Source: Dipteris shenzhenensis (Eukaryota). From it: a stretch of DNA of 64,000 bases. The stretch is taken from NCBI GenBank assembly GCA_047967505.1, contig CM106538.1; one strand, 5' to 3'. Shown here one piece after another: positions 40,966 to 52,591 of this stretch (positions are counted from its first letter, which is position 1; every line of letters starts with the position of its first letter). The position numbers and the translations under genes were made by a program. Under the pieces are notes generated by a model. It did not search any database, was not told where the DNA came from, and saw only the letters and a list, made by a program, of their open reading frames with translations.

Positions 40966-41800
40966 ATGGATGCATGGGTTGATGCAAAAGCAGATAGTTT
41001 TATTGTTGATATGGATGTACAGGTTGATGCATCACCACACAATGCTCATGTTGAAGAGGATGTAGAGGCTGATGCAAAAGCTAAGGATGATGTTCAAAAG
41101 GATGCTAATGCACAAAAGGATTCACCAACTCATGATGAGAAAGATGCACAGGATGATGCAGAAGCAGACCCTACTAATGTACCGAATGATTCATCGGTTG
41201 ATATTGAGAATGAACATGATGCACAGGGCAGGTCAAGGCATAATAGGTTGTTACTGTGGAGGCCTGAATGGCATGCACTCCATCATCAAGAACCAATAAG
41301 GGTTATGCCACAAACAATACATCTCCCTGAGGGTATAAAAACAAAACTATTAGTTTTGGACATGAATGGAGTATTGCTAAAAAGATATAGGATTTAAAGA
41401 GGGAAAGGATAGCCTAATGTTGAGCATCCTCAGAATTTCAAATTACTACAAGATAAGCCAAATGAGGTTTTCATGGTGCAAAAGGATGTTGATTGCTTCC
41501 TTGAGTCATGTTCCAATATGTTTCTTAATTCTTTAGAGTAGTTGCACCTACTGCAATATGGAAAATACAATGCAATAGGCATTTCCTAATGTGTGCAACA
41601 GAAGGAATTTTGGTTGGCAAACCTGGGCCAACAAACCTGGGCCAAGATGAATGCATAGAGGCACCATTTTAGTTTGGGTTGTGCCTAGGATTTCTACAAC
41701 TTATTGGAAAAAACCCATTTTCTGCAAGAATCTAGAATACATTTGGTGGTTCTATATTGAATTCAACCCTGACAACACACTGCTTGTTGACAACATGTAT
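40966..41800 (+). pseudogene. Acidic low-complexity region fused to a NIF/FCP1-like HAD phosphatase domain
   Basis: KTKLLVLDMNGVLL (plant NIF-type LLVLDxNG), then broken frames FLESCSNMF, QDECI, KPIFCKNLEYIW, FNPDNTLLVDN. Preceded by the acceptor-like GTTCAG. Confidence 0.75.
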
Positions 41801-42335
41801 TAGGAAAAAAGGGAACTCATTTTGGGGCCCTTTGGCCAATTTGAAAAACCCCCTTCCACCAATTACAATGTAACATTGGAAAAATAAGAAAATTTAGTAT
41901 AATTTTACATAATAAGTGAAAGAGACAAAACTTTACAGATGTACAACTGTATAAACCTGACAATGGGTCATTTTAAAAAAAGATCACGTACTCAAATTTG
42001 ATTTCCCTCCCGAACTAGTTTTCCCGCTTGTGTTTCACCTTTGCATGTACGATGAATAAAAGATTCAAATGTGCTTTCTCACCTAAACTAGCTTTCTTGC
42101 TTCCATTTTATTAGCCAGTGACTCTCCTACATTCTCTCCTGATTCTCCCTCTTGCACTTCACCCATTTGCAAGTTTGGTTCCATCCATGGCAACGGGCAA
42201 TCTAGGGAGTCTTTCTAACCTAAACAAGTTTTTTTGCTTACATTTCACCAGTCAAGGATTCTCCTACTTTTCTTCCTAGTTCTCTTGCTTGCACTTCACC
42301 CATTTCCAAGTTTGGTTCTCTTTCACGAATCATCC

Positions 42336-43271
42336 ATGGCAATAGGCAACCCAGGGCATCCAAATGCAAAGCAGTGTGTAGCTCAGATTGTAAAAGACCT
42401 TCGGTGGCCTACCGCATACATATCATCTATAGAGCTTTCCAATAGGGTGAATGCAGATGGTCACTGGAAAAAGAGGATTGTGTCAAAAGGCAGTTGGGTG
42501 CTGATGCAACAAACGAGGAGGAAAAAACCACGGTCGAATAATATATTTCTAGCCTCTTGGAAAGGTAGGGTCCACAACTTTAGAACAATAGATGGTAAGA
42601 AAGGTATTAAGGAAATACTAGTCGAGCATGTATACATGCACAATGAACTTGTGCTGCATGATTATCCAAATTATCTTCCACGGTGCAAGCCCAATTGTAA
42701 CTTTTTAAACCTTTCAATCTTGGAATGGTAGTTTAAAACATTGCTATTTTTTTGTGTAAGCTGAAATGTGTTTTGGTTTGCAGATCTATATCCATTATCA
42801 TATGAAGAATGGCAGCTGCTGGAGTGTATCTTGGGATTCTTGGATGTGCTGTATGAAGCAATAGGAGAATTACAATATCAAGGTAGATCTACAACTCAAT
42901 TAGCTCAGACAGGTATCTTCTTTTACAACCATTTTTACAAATTATTAGACAAAAGAAACACTCAAGGTGTGTTGAAGAAACAAGATCTTCCACCATAAAA
43001 TACGATAGACTGGCCAGTGCCCCCTGGTAGTGTGATAGAGACATATAGAGCCAAGCTATTTGTAGAAGTTCAACGATCATTACGGCCAGGAATTGCTACA
43101 AGAATTGTAAAAATCCATGTATGCATGCTAATCACTATTTTTGTTGACCTATTTAATAAGTATCTAGTCAAGGTGTGCAAAACAATGCTACCTATAGAGC
43201 AATTGGAAATGAAGAGAACCTTGACTTCTTGGATGATGGTTGGGTATTGCGGAATTAGGGCATTGCAATGA
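42336..43271 (+). pseudogene. Two-exon gene with a BAH-like domain; one in-frame stop
   Basis: ATG at 42336. A GT-AG intron at 42697-42783 joins in frame (PN-Y-LYP). KGSWVLM..WKGRV..ILVEHVYMHNEL..YLYPLSYEEW..CILG..V..FFYNHFY follows BAH-domain spacing. TAA at 42996, after which the frame continues. Confidence 0.55.
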
Positions 43272-43303
43272 TTGCTTTCTTCTTTTTTATTTGTCCAAGC
43301 CTA

Positions 43304-43702
43304 CAAGTCCATTTGGAGACCATAAGCATCTGATACCACAATCCTCAAAGTAGGATGAACATTGTATGAAATTACAAATGTTAAGGATTTATACCTTCAA
43401 CCACACACGAGGGAATGTCATCATCAGCTACCTCCACTGGTCCAATAGGAGTCTCCCCAAGGTCCTCCGCATCTTGTGCATGAGCCATACAACTCATGAT
43501 CTCCATCAACCTATAACGATTCCTTCTCCTTCATTCTTTTAGTCACTCCAGCTTCAAGGTATTACAACGCCTCCTTTCTTCTTTTTAATTTCTCTAAGTG
43601 TGAAAGTCCATTTGGAGATCATATTCAACTGATACCAGATCCTCTAGTAAGATGAGCATGTACAAAATTATGAATGTTAAAGATTCACACCTTCAACCAT
43701 AC
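43304..43702. repeat. Diverged direct repeat pair, ~100 bp
   Basis: AAGTCCATTTGGAGA.CATA...CTGATACCA...ACCTTCAACCA at ~43304 and ~43603. Confidence 0.7.
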
Positions 43703-44093
43703 AGGATTTGATATCTCTTGGACCGTGGTGAGGCTCCACAAATGTAGAGTTGTCATGACTACTACATACAAAAGTGGAGTCTAGATCACTGCTTCTCCCT
43801 CTCTTAAGTGTTCTTACATCTCCCCCCCCACAGATCCTCCTTCACCTACATGAAAAAATTAATAGTGAAACTACTATCATAGAAAAATGGACACTAGGAA
43901 TAGTTGAGGATATTATCGCAATACACACTTGTAATAGGCGTCATGTGCTTGCCATCGGGAGAAGTCATCTGCACATGAACATAACAAAACTTCAATAATT
44001 TAACAACCAACTTGCTATGATGAAAAAACAACATATAATTTAAAACATACCAGATCTATAGGAAGTTGGAATGCCAAGAATTGATTTGTATCT

Positions 44094-44414
44094 CTAGGAA
44101 ATGGGCTCCCTACATGCACTATGTACACATGTACCAATCTCTGTTGCTACATGAGCAAAGCATAAAAAGTGGTACGTGTGATAGCATTGTAATTCAAACA
44201 CCTCAAATGACTGAGTACAAAAAGGGAAGCCATAGGCTAAGCAATAGCTGTAGTCACCGGCCTTAAAAAACAAACCACCCACACCATCAACAACCGGAGG
44301 ATGTGGACGAATAACAATGGGGGGCCTGGACTTAGCCTTAGATTTCGATTGTAAGAAAAAATCCATGTGGGCCTCTGCCTCCTCAATCATTCTCTCTATT
44401 TCTAAAACTGAAAC
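44094..44414 (-). pseudogene. RING-H2-like zinc finger exon
   Basis: CLAY(GFPF)...LQCYHTYHFLC...CVHSACREPI follows RING-H2 spacing with the second Cys changed to Tyr. Acceptor TCGCAG sits directly upstream. Confidence 0.65.
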
Positions 44415-44509
44415 CTGCGAATATATACAAAATATCAAAACTTTCTAAAACCTCCAAACATATGTATTTTAACCAACCTTGTGCAATGATACTTAGGTAC
44501 ATCATAGCA

Positions 44510-45660
44510 AAAATAATGAGCTATGTAGCATACAAAAAGCACATGATATGTGTTATGATATATAGCTCATTCAATATGCTTGAAATATTAGATTAAGTAC
44601 TATATAGCATGGATAATATACATCACATGAGCTATATATCTCATTTAGTAGGCTTGAAAGAATAGAATGAGTGATATACAGCATAGATAATGTACATAGC
44701 ACATAGTATGAGCTATATAGCTCTTACATTATGTTTGGAAGAATAGATTGAGTGCTATATAGCATGGGATAACATACATAGAACATAGCATGAGCTATAT
44801 AACTCATTCAACATGCTTGAAATATTAGATTAAGTACTATATAGCATAGATAATGTACATCACATGAGCTATATATCTCATATAGTAGGCTTGAAAGAAT
44901 AGAATGAGTGCTATATAGCATAGATAATGTACATAGCACACAATATGAGCTATATAGCTCTTACATTATGTTTGTAAGAATAGATTAGTGCTATATAGAA
45001 TGGGATAACTTACATAGCACATAGCATGAGCTATATAGCTCACTTAGCATGCTTCAAATAATATTAGATTAAGTAGTATATAGCAGAGATAATGTACAAC
45101 ACATGTGCTATATAGTTCATTTAGTAGGCTTGAAAGAATAGATTGAGTGCTATACAGCATAGACATGTACATAGCACACAATATGAGCTATATAGCTACA
45201 ATATGTTTGTAAGAATAGATTATGTGCTATACAGCATGGGATAATGTACATAGCACATAGCATGAGCTATATAGTTCATTCAATATGCCTGGAAGAATAG
45301 GCTTCTTGCTATATAGCAGAGATAGTATACATAGTACATAGTATGAGCTATATAGCTCATACAGTATGCTTGGAAGAAGAGATTGAATGCTATAGAGTAG
45401 GGATAATGTACATAGCACATAGCATGACCTCTGTAGCTTATTCAGTAGGCTGAGAGAATAGATTGAGTGCTATATAGCAGAGATAATGTACATAGCACAC
45501 AATATGAGCTATATAGCTACATTATGTTTGGAAGAAATTAGAATAAATTGTGTGCTATATAGCATGGGATAATGTACATAGCACGTAGCATGAGCTATAT
45601 AGCTCATTCAGTATGCTTGGAATAATATTGCTTACTATATAGCAGAGATAATGTTCATAG
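44510..45660. repeat. Satellite array, ~74-82-bp monomers (~14 copies) with a ~237-bp trimeric higher-order repeat
   Basis: Anchor GAGCTATAT at ~44629, 44710, 44792, 44866, 44947, 45028, 45186, 45265, 45345, 45506 and 45592. Every third monomer is most alike. Confidence 0.92.
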
Positions 45661-45663
45661 TAT

Positions 45664-47600
45664 TGTTGAGAGTTCACGCTCAACATCATGTGATCACGTG
45701 TGCATAACACCATCATGTGATCATATGTGCATAGCACTAACCCAATAGAGTGCTATAAAGGAAAGGGTTAGATCCCCTAACCCTAACCCTAAATGGGTTT
45801 GTATATATACTACATTTTCAACTAAATCTAGTGTACAGTTAGTCATTTGTGGTGTGCTCTCTAGCTGTGCCCTCTCTCCTCATCTCCACTCTTCTCCTCT
45901 CCCCTCTTCATATTTTGTCATGGTATCAGAGCTCCGTTGCCTTCTGTTGAGGCACTGCGATCCATATGCGAGAGTATGAGAGAGTGTGATAGTTTGAGAA
46001 TTGAGATCAAGTTTTCTCTTTCGTGAGAAAATTTCCGTCCATTTGAGAGAATTCCGTCCATGAAAGATTTCCGTGAATCTCCTTCCATTCGATTCATTGT
46101 TTCTTGAGAGATCTACTTTGTGAAATTTTCGTTCATTTCTTGAGTTCTTTCTGAGGATTTATCTTCATTCCGCTTATACTCCGAGTGAGAGAGAAGGATA
46201 TGCTGAGAGAAAGAGAGAGACAAATTCATGTTCATGCCTGTTGAGTGATAGTTCAGATTCTGATAGAGAGACTTCATTTGTGTGAGGAATAGAGGACTCT
46301 GAGAGACTAGAAGAAAGAGCCTCCATCTCAGAGAGAAAGAGAGACTCCAAAGCAACAAAGGAGACCAACGAACTCTGCTTCAGCAAAGGCTCCCACAAAG
46401 CTGGCCTCCCATCGACTCCACTGCAATATCCTACAACAAAGCTCACAGCCTCGTAGCAATCTACACTGCCAGCGACTTCCTCAGAGGTGCATCAACAACC
46501 TTTGTTTGAGCCATCCGCTTCAAACGATCGAGTAGAATCAAACTACACCTCACCACTCCACCTTATCCTCCACTACTGGTTCCATGTGCATTTCCCTACT
46601 AAGAACTTAGTTGTTCCATGCCACAAACTACATAGCCTCATCCACCAACATTCCCACTACCCCCATCAGCCCCCCAATTGCCTTCTCACTGAGTCCATTC
46701 CTCCCCCAAATCATTTTATCCACCAATGATCTTCCACACCTCGCCCTCAAGATGGAATCACAACCCCAACTCACCACATCTTCCCCTTCAACTGAAGTAG
46801 AATAGGAGTACACAGAGATGGCTAACATGGATCCAAAATCGACTCTCCCAAAAAATTCAAAAAGCTCCTACAAAAACCCCTCTACTTGAAGCATAGCCTC
46901 AACCTCTGATTCAAGTCACTCCTTGCCCAAGATTGGATCCATAGGCTCAGTGGACATGTACCACAACTGACTGAGGTTGAAAATCAATGCGGACTTCAAG
47001 GTTTTCTATCATACCATTGAGATGTATGAGGAACTCAAGGACCCCCAAGTGCTCCTATATTTATACAACATGACAACTTACCCAAGCCCTCCCATGTTGC
47101 CATAACCTCATGAGTGTAGAACAATTCATCACCAGCTAGAAGCCAACGTCAAAGACATCTAAGGTATGGGTGATGATGAAGAAGATCCAGTGGATGTGCA
47201 CCTTGACATTGATGCAATTTGCACATCCCTCCACTTGCCAGTCTCGCAAAACCAATGCATTCAATTTAGATAAGTACATGAGCAGTTGGAAGTTATAGTT
47301 CCACTGTACAAAGTCAAGTATTGCAATGGAATACCATATGATGACCAAGGTTGCTTGAGCTCTCACCTTCCTACTCCAAGTCAAATGGCTAACCACCATG
47401 CATTCTCACCCAAGTCCAAAAAATCACCAAGCATGATATGAACTAGGAAGATTGCTTCATGTGGGAAATTGAAAAGATTTTCCAGGAAACAACAATGCAA
47501 TGTCTAACTCTATCATGTTCACCATGATCATCTATCATCTAATGAGACAACTAGTGCAAAAGCTGCCCCCCAGCCTCATCCCATTTGTTAGTGACAAGCA
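45664..47600 (+). mobile_element. 5' LTR (45664-45920), PBS and decayed internal region of an LTR retroelement
   Basis: TGTTGA...TTGTCA followed by a perfect TGGTATCAGAGC at 45921-45932. The downstream sequence is degenerate and the right end is uncertain. Confidence 0.7.
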
Positions 47601-49245
47601 AGCCAAGGAGTAGAAAGCACAACCAAGTGTGTCCACTCAATCATGCAAGGAGAAAGAGGAACAAGAATGAGAAGCAACAAAGAAAACCAAAACGAAGGGG
47701 AAAGGTATTTAGTAAATATGTAGCAATTAGGCAATTTTCCTCTAGTTTCAAGTGTTCTCTCATAAATCTATTTTCAAATATTCTTGATATGTACTAGGTT
47801 TCTAGCCAGCATTGATGGAGCTTTGGCAATTTGAAAAGACAAAGTGGTACAAAAGAGCCAAAGGAGTTCTTTCACTATGGGAGTGGCTACAGTATATTTA
47901 GCCATAGTTGATTTTTTTAATTCCAACTAGCATGCACATAGCTCAACATGAAAGCATATTGTACAATTGATTTTGGATGATGTCACTCACTAGCCTTGGA
48001 ATCATTTACATTCATATATGTAGTTATTAGAATTCAATATTACTTTAGTTACATTAAATGATTAAAATAAGACAAAAACAAAGGGAAAAAGTGCAAAGAA
48101 GTGCCATTGGCTTCAAGTAACAAAGACAAGTATAGAATCGTAAGATATCTACAAAGAGCTAAAATAGAAAGCAAGAACTCTCATTGACCAAAGCTAGAAT
48201 AGATGGGTGCAAGTTGTGCAAAACATAGCTGATGTGGAACTTGTAGAGTTTTCTGAAAGACTATTGTAGCCTAAGTGTGAGGTTGCTCTACAAGTGGATA
48301 TGGGAAAGATGGAAGAAGAGCTATGATTTATTAGCATGTAGGACCTCAAGTGGCCATATGGTAGCTCCTATGACCCTAGCTGGGTGGAATACCCAGCTGC
48401 CAACTTTGAAGGGTGATTTGGCATGTTTATGTGCAACGGGATTTGACTAAACAATTATTTAATAATGGCATGTATGGGAGAAGCACACCTATAAGAGTTC
48501 ACAATGCTTCTTGAAAGAGAAACAATGAAATATTTCATTGTGTCTTGAGTCAAATATGCCATCCAGAATAAGGGGAAGAAGGTAATTCATGAGACTTTGA
48601 AAAACCATTAACATTTACAAGCTGATCAGTCCGACTATGTTCTCAAACATGCAGTTTCATGGTAGTCACAAACCCTATATAATGGTACCATAAATGGAGA
48701 AAGCATAAGTAGAGTGAGCTTTAAGGTGCGGCATGTTAATGTGAACCTAGATTTCTCTCAAACACCTAGCCACAAAAATCCTCTCAACCAAACTCTCAAT
48801 GCAGCCAATGACATTAACCATCCTCTATGTTGAATGTCCCTCAAGTTATAAAATTTTATTCACATATGTGAAAAAAAGAAATAATTCAATGCACGGCCTA
48901 ACCATTTTTGGGATTGAAGCTACTTTTGGGTGGCAATAACTTTATAGAGACCATACAACAACAAAAGTAGGGGGATGGATGTGATTATAAATAACATCCG
49001 AGAGACTTCAAGAGGACTTGCGAAAGGCTATGGAAATATTGAAGAGGAATTGATCTGCAAGAAACAAAATGCAAATAGCTTACATATGAGAATATTGAAC
49101 TCTACATGTCAGTAAGGCTCTACCAACACCACAAGTAGCTAAGTTTAAATGCCCCACAATGGCTATACTGCTACAACTTCCACTTTTCCTAGCTTTGAAA
49201 GGCCAATCTAGTAGCTTTGTTTGAGGTTCTGTTAGCAAAGCATAA

Positions 49246-51620
49246 CTTGCTCCTTATCTCCTCTTTGTGGCCGAGGCTCTGGGGTACTTCATGCAGGCTA
49301 CCAGTCATGGCACTCTGGGGCTGTCTCTTCCGATCAGGCATGAGCAAGAGCTTTTGGACACTGAGTTTATTAATGATACTGCAGTGACGGTTAGGGGTGA
49401 TTTTCATAGTCTCACTTGCACCGTTGCATCCATTGACAAGTTCTGCCTAGCCTCAGGAGGACTTGTGAATTGGAATAAGTCGAAGGGTATTTGGACTAGA
49501 GCTCAGCAGGATACTCCATCTTGGGGCGTGGACAAAGGTTTTTCTTGGATACGGAGAGGCACCGCCACCAAGTATTTGGGCTTCAAGGTTGGAATAGATG
49601 TGTCCCCCTCGGAGTAGTTTGCCCCAGTGCTAGAGAGCATTCGCAAGAAGTTAGCATATTGGAGTACTGCTAGACTTTCCTTAGTTGGTAGAGCATTGGT
49701 GCTCAACCAGGTGTTGTTGGCGACCATGTGGTACGTTGCTTCATGTTGGTGCTTCCATGCAGATAGTATCAGACAGGTGAGGAGACTGCTCAGGAACTTT
49801 CTTTGGAGTGGAAGGGATGGTACAGAGGACACTAGAGTGAGAGTTTCATGGGCCACTATCACCCTACCCACAGCACAGGGAGGTCTTGGGATTCTTGATC
49901 CGGAGCTCCAGAGTAGGGCACTTCTAGTCAAACTTCTGGTCAGAGGTTTGACTCCAGGAGGTTAGCCATGGAAGCAGTTTCTTGTACATGGAGTCCTACA
50001 ATGTGATCCTAAGGCAGTAGGTCAGTGGCCTGGTAGTGTTGGTTGGATTTTTTTGACGGATCATCACACTCAGCCTTCTTCTCCATTGGTGAGAAGGCTT
50101 ATCCAGATTTGGGCCCTTTTCCATTCGTACCTCATTCGGGCAGTTCCTTCCTCCAGAGAGGAAATTGCCAGGCAACCACTCTTCCATAACACATTGATAC
50201 AGTATCAGGGTGTCCCTCTTGGCACAAAGCCCAGGACCAGTCTAGCGAGGTGGCACTCTCAGGGGTTGTCTTCTCTAGGAGATTGGTTTAGGGGAGATCA
50301 GGAGATCACAGAGGAGACTATCGCTGCTAGACATGGACCACTCTTACGGGTGGCTCCTATCAGACTTCAGATCATGAGAGCCATTCCACAGCCTTGGAGG
50401 GATACTCTTACAACATCCCAAGAGAATCTCCTGGCTGACTGTATTTGGTTTGGCTGTTTTGATGAGACTGGCTTGTGCATTGGAGTGAGATTGGGACCGG
50501 CTCCGTTTATTTATATTTCAGCAGACTCCTCTCACAGACTCACCCCTACGCAGCCACTGGAGCAGGTCTATATTGGCAGAGGACCAAAGTGATTGGATGC
50601 CTGGGGAAGGAGTGGTCTCTTGATCCTTCACATTTGACAGTCACGGAGGGGACCAGATGGAGGTTATGGATTTTCCAGTGTAGACCGCTCAGGGGACTTG
50701 ACTGGGATCCATGTGAGTAGTCTTGGCCAACCCCTCTAGGATCGGATGCTCCATTGCCGTTCTTTCAATATTCCATGAGAGCAGGGTATCGGATTCAGCA
50801 GAGAGCCACCCATTACTTACCCTCAGTAGTTCAGCGTTGGCGGGCACAGGGGATCACAAAGCAGCTCATGTTGAGCTATTGGACTCATTTTTTGGGGATG
50901 AGTAGAGCAAGGAAGTTCTCACACTTTCTTTGGCTCACTATACACAAAGGTATCCCAGTGGGTTCTTGGCTTTGTCAGATGGATAGACCGTCTTTGTGTA
51001 TGAGATGTCAGCTTGCAGAGGAATCATGCAAGCACTGCTTATGGACGTGCCATAGTGCTATGGTAGTTTGGACCGGGATCTTCCGACTGTTCTCTCATAT
51101 TACTTCTGAGTCCTTCACGATAACGTGGGGCTAAGCTCTTTGGGGCAGGGGATCAGGTGCTTTTGCCTTGTATGAGTCTGAGGGTGGTGATCATGCTTTC
51201 TTCATGCAGTCTCGACAGAGGCGCGGTCCTACAGATTTCAGTATCATGGATCCGCAGGATTTGTTTTTGATACCTGTTCCAGCTCAGGATTCACTACCTT
51301 CTTCATCAGCGGGATCAGCTTAGGAGGTGATATCGAGTATCACTTTTTGGTGGATCTGGTGCTCGAGATGTTCACACATCCTAGGGGTCGCCGTAGCATA
51401 GAGGCTGATATTTAGATTGCTATATGGACTGAGATTATCTCTTCCATTAGGAGTCAGTGGGATAGATGCACCGGGTCCTCTGTAGCAGCTCGAGAGAGAC
51501 TGATTTCTTTCATGAGGACCTAGGACTGCTCTTTATTTTTTCATTTGACACCACTAGGGATGTCGTGGCATTATAGACCACCCCCCCGGCTTTTCTATCA
51601 CATTGTTGAGGTGAGGAACA
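49246..51620 (+). mobile_element. L1-like LINE 3' part (late RT to zinc-finger/3' end), left arm of the inverted duplication
   Basis: LAPYLLFVAE, EFINDT, KYLGF, AQGGLGI, CMRC..ESCKHCLWTC. Reverse complement of ~56875-58065. Confidence 0.92.
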
Positions 51621-52591
51621 GAGTTGTTACTCTCCCACGCGTTGTATAATTCGTTTTGAATGGAATATATTACCCTGTTTTGTAATGAGAGTAGAAACTT
51701 CAGATGTAGAAATATCATATATGCACATGTCACCATAGTACTTGTTGCAATTGATGCATCTATGGCACAAAGAAACACAATTCCAACTAAGTAGAAACTT
51801 CAGATGCATAATAATAGTTCATGAATTGTCTTTCATTATTCTACACCTGAATATTAGTGAAAAATAGAGTAGTCACTATTATTCAGATATATAATAATAG
51901 GGAAAGTCGTGAAAGTTACCTCATATTTATGATTTTTTCAAAATCAAAAAAAAAATCTCAAAATTTTTTTTTCCAATAATTTTCCTTTTTTTAAAAAGGT
52001 GCATAATACACGTGATTCAAACGTACAAAACGTCTACACATTCTAGAAACGTTTCATTCAGGTATGAAACATGTTTCATATGCAACTATGTACATGCTAC
52101 TATAATCTTGATGACTCATGTATGTCGGGCTCTGATTTCTGCTAATACTAACAACGTTGGTTGTGGAGCTATTCAATATAAGGGCTCATAAAGTTATCAT
52201 GGCACTACATTGAAGGGGATTTACCAAAAACCAAGTGGTGCACCTTAAAAGTGGATTACAAAAAATTGAGCGAGGGCAAAAAAAGAAGCAACAAACTTCA
52301 AGCGAAAAGAATTTAAACTACACCGTACAATAAAATGCATGATATAAGTCATTGCCATCCGACGAAAAGCAATTCCAGGTAGAGAGAAGACATGTGCTGG
52401 CTTAGAACAATAAACACGATTAAGGATGATCTTCTATTAGCCCATGGTTTATCATTAATTCCGTGTATTGAGCTTCATGTACAACACAATTACATGCTGC
52501 ATGAAAAAAAAAGGAAAATTGATATACAACCAAGCAAAGCTAAAAAACACCACCATGCATTGCATGTGAAGGAGTCGTTGCTCAATCAAAG

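Noticed and set aside
44510-45660. CRISPR-like array
   Set aside because: The sequence between repeated cores is itself repeated, with no unique spacers. No cas genes are present and the context is eukaryotic.
45775-45793. Interstitial telomere (CCCTAA x3)
   Set aside because: Only three units, and they lie inside an LTR; at most a telo-box-like motif.
47800-48500. Possible hAT transposase remnant
   Set aside because: Only a vague resemblance (LVEFSE..L); no catalytic or dimerisation motif could be read.
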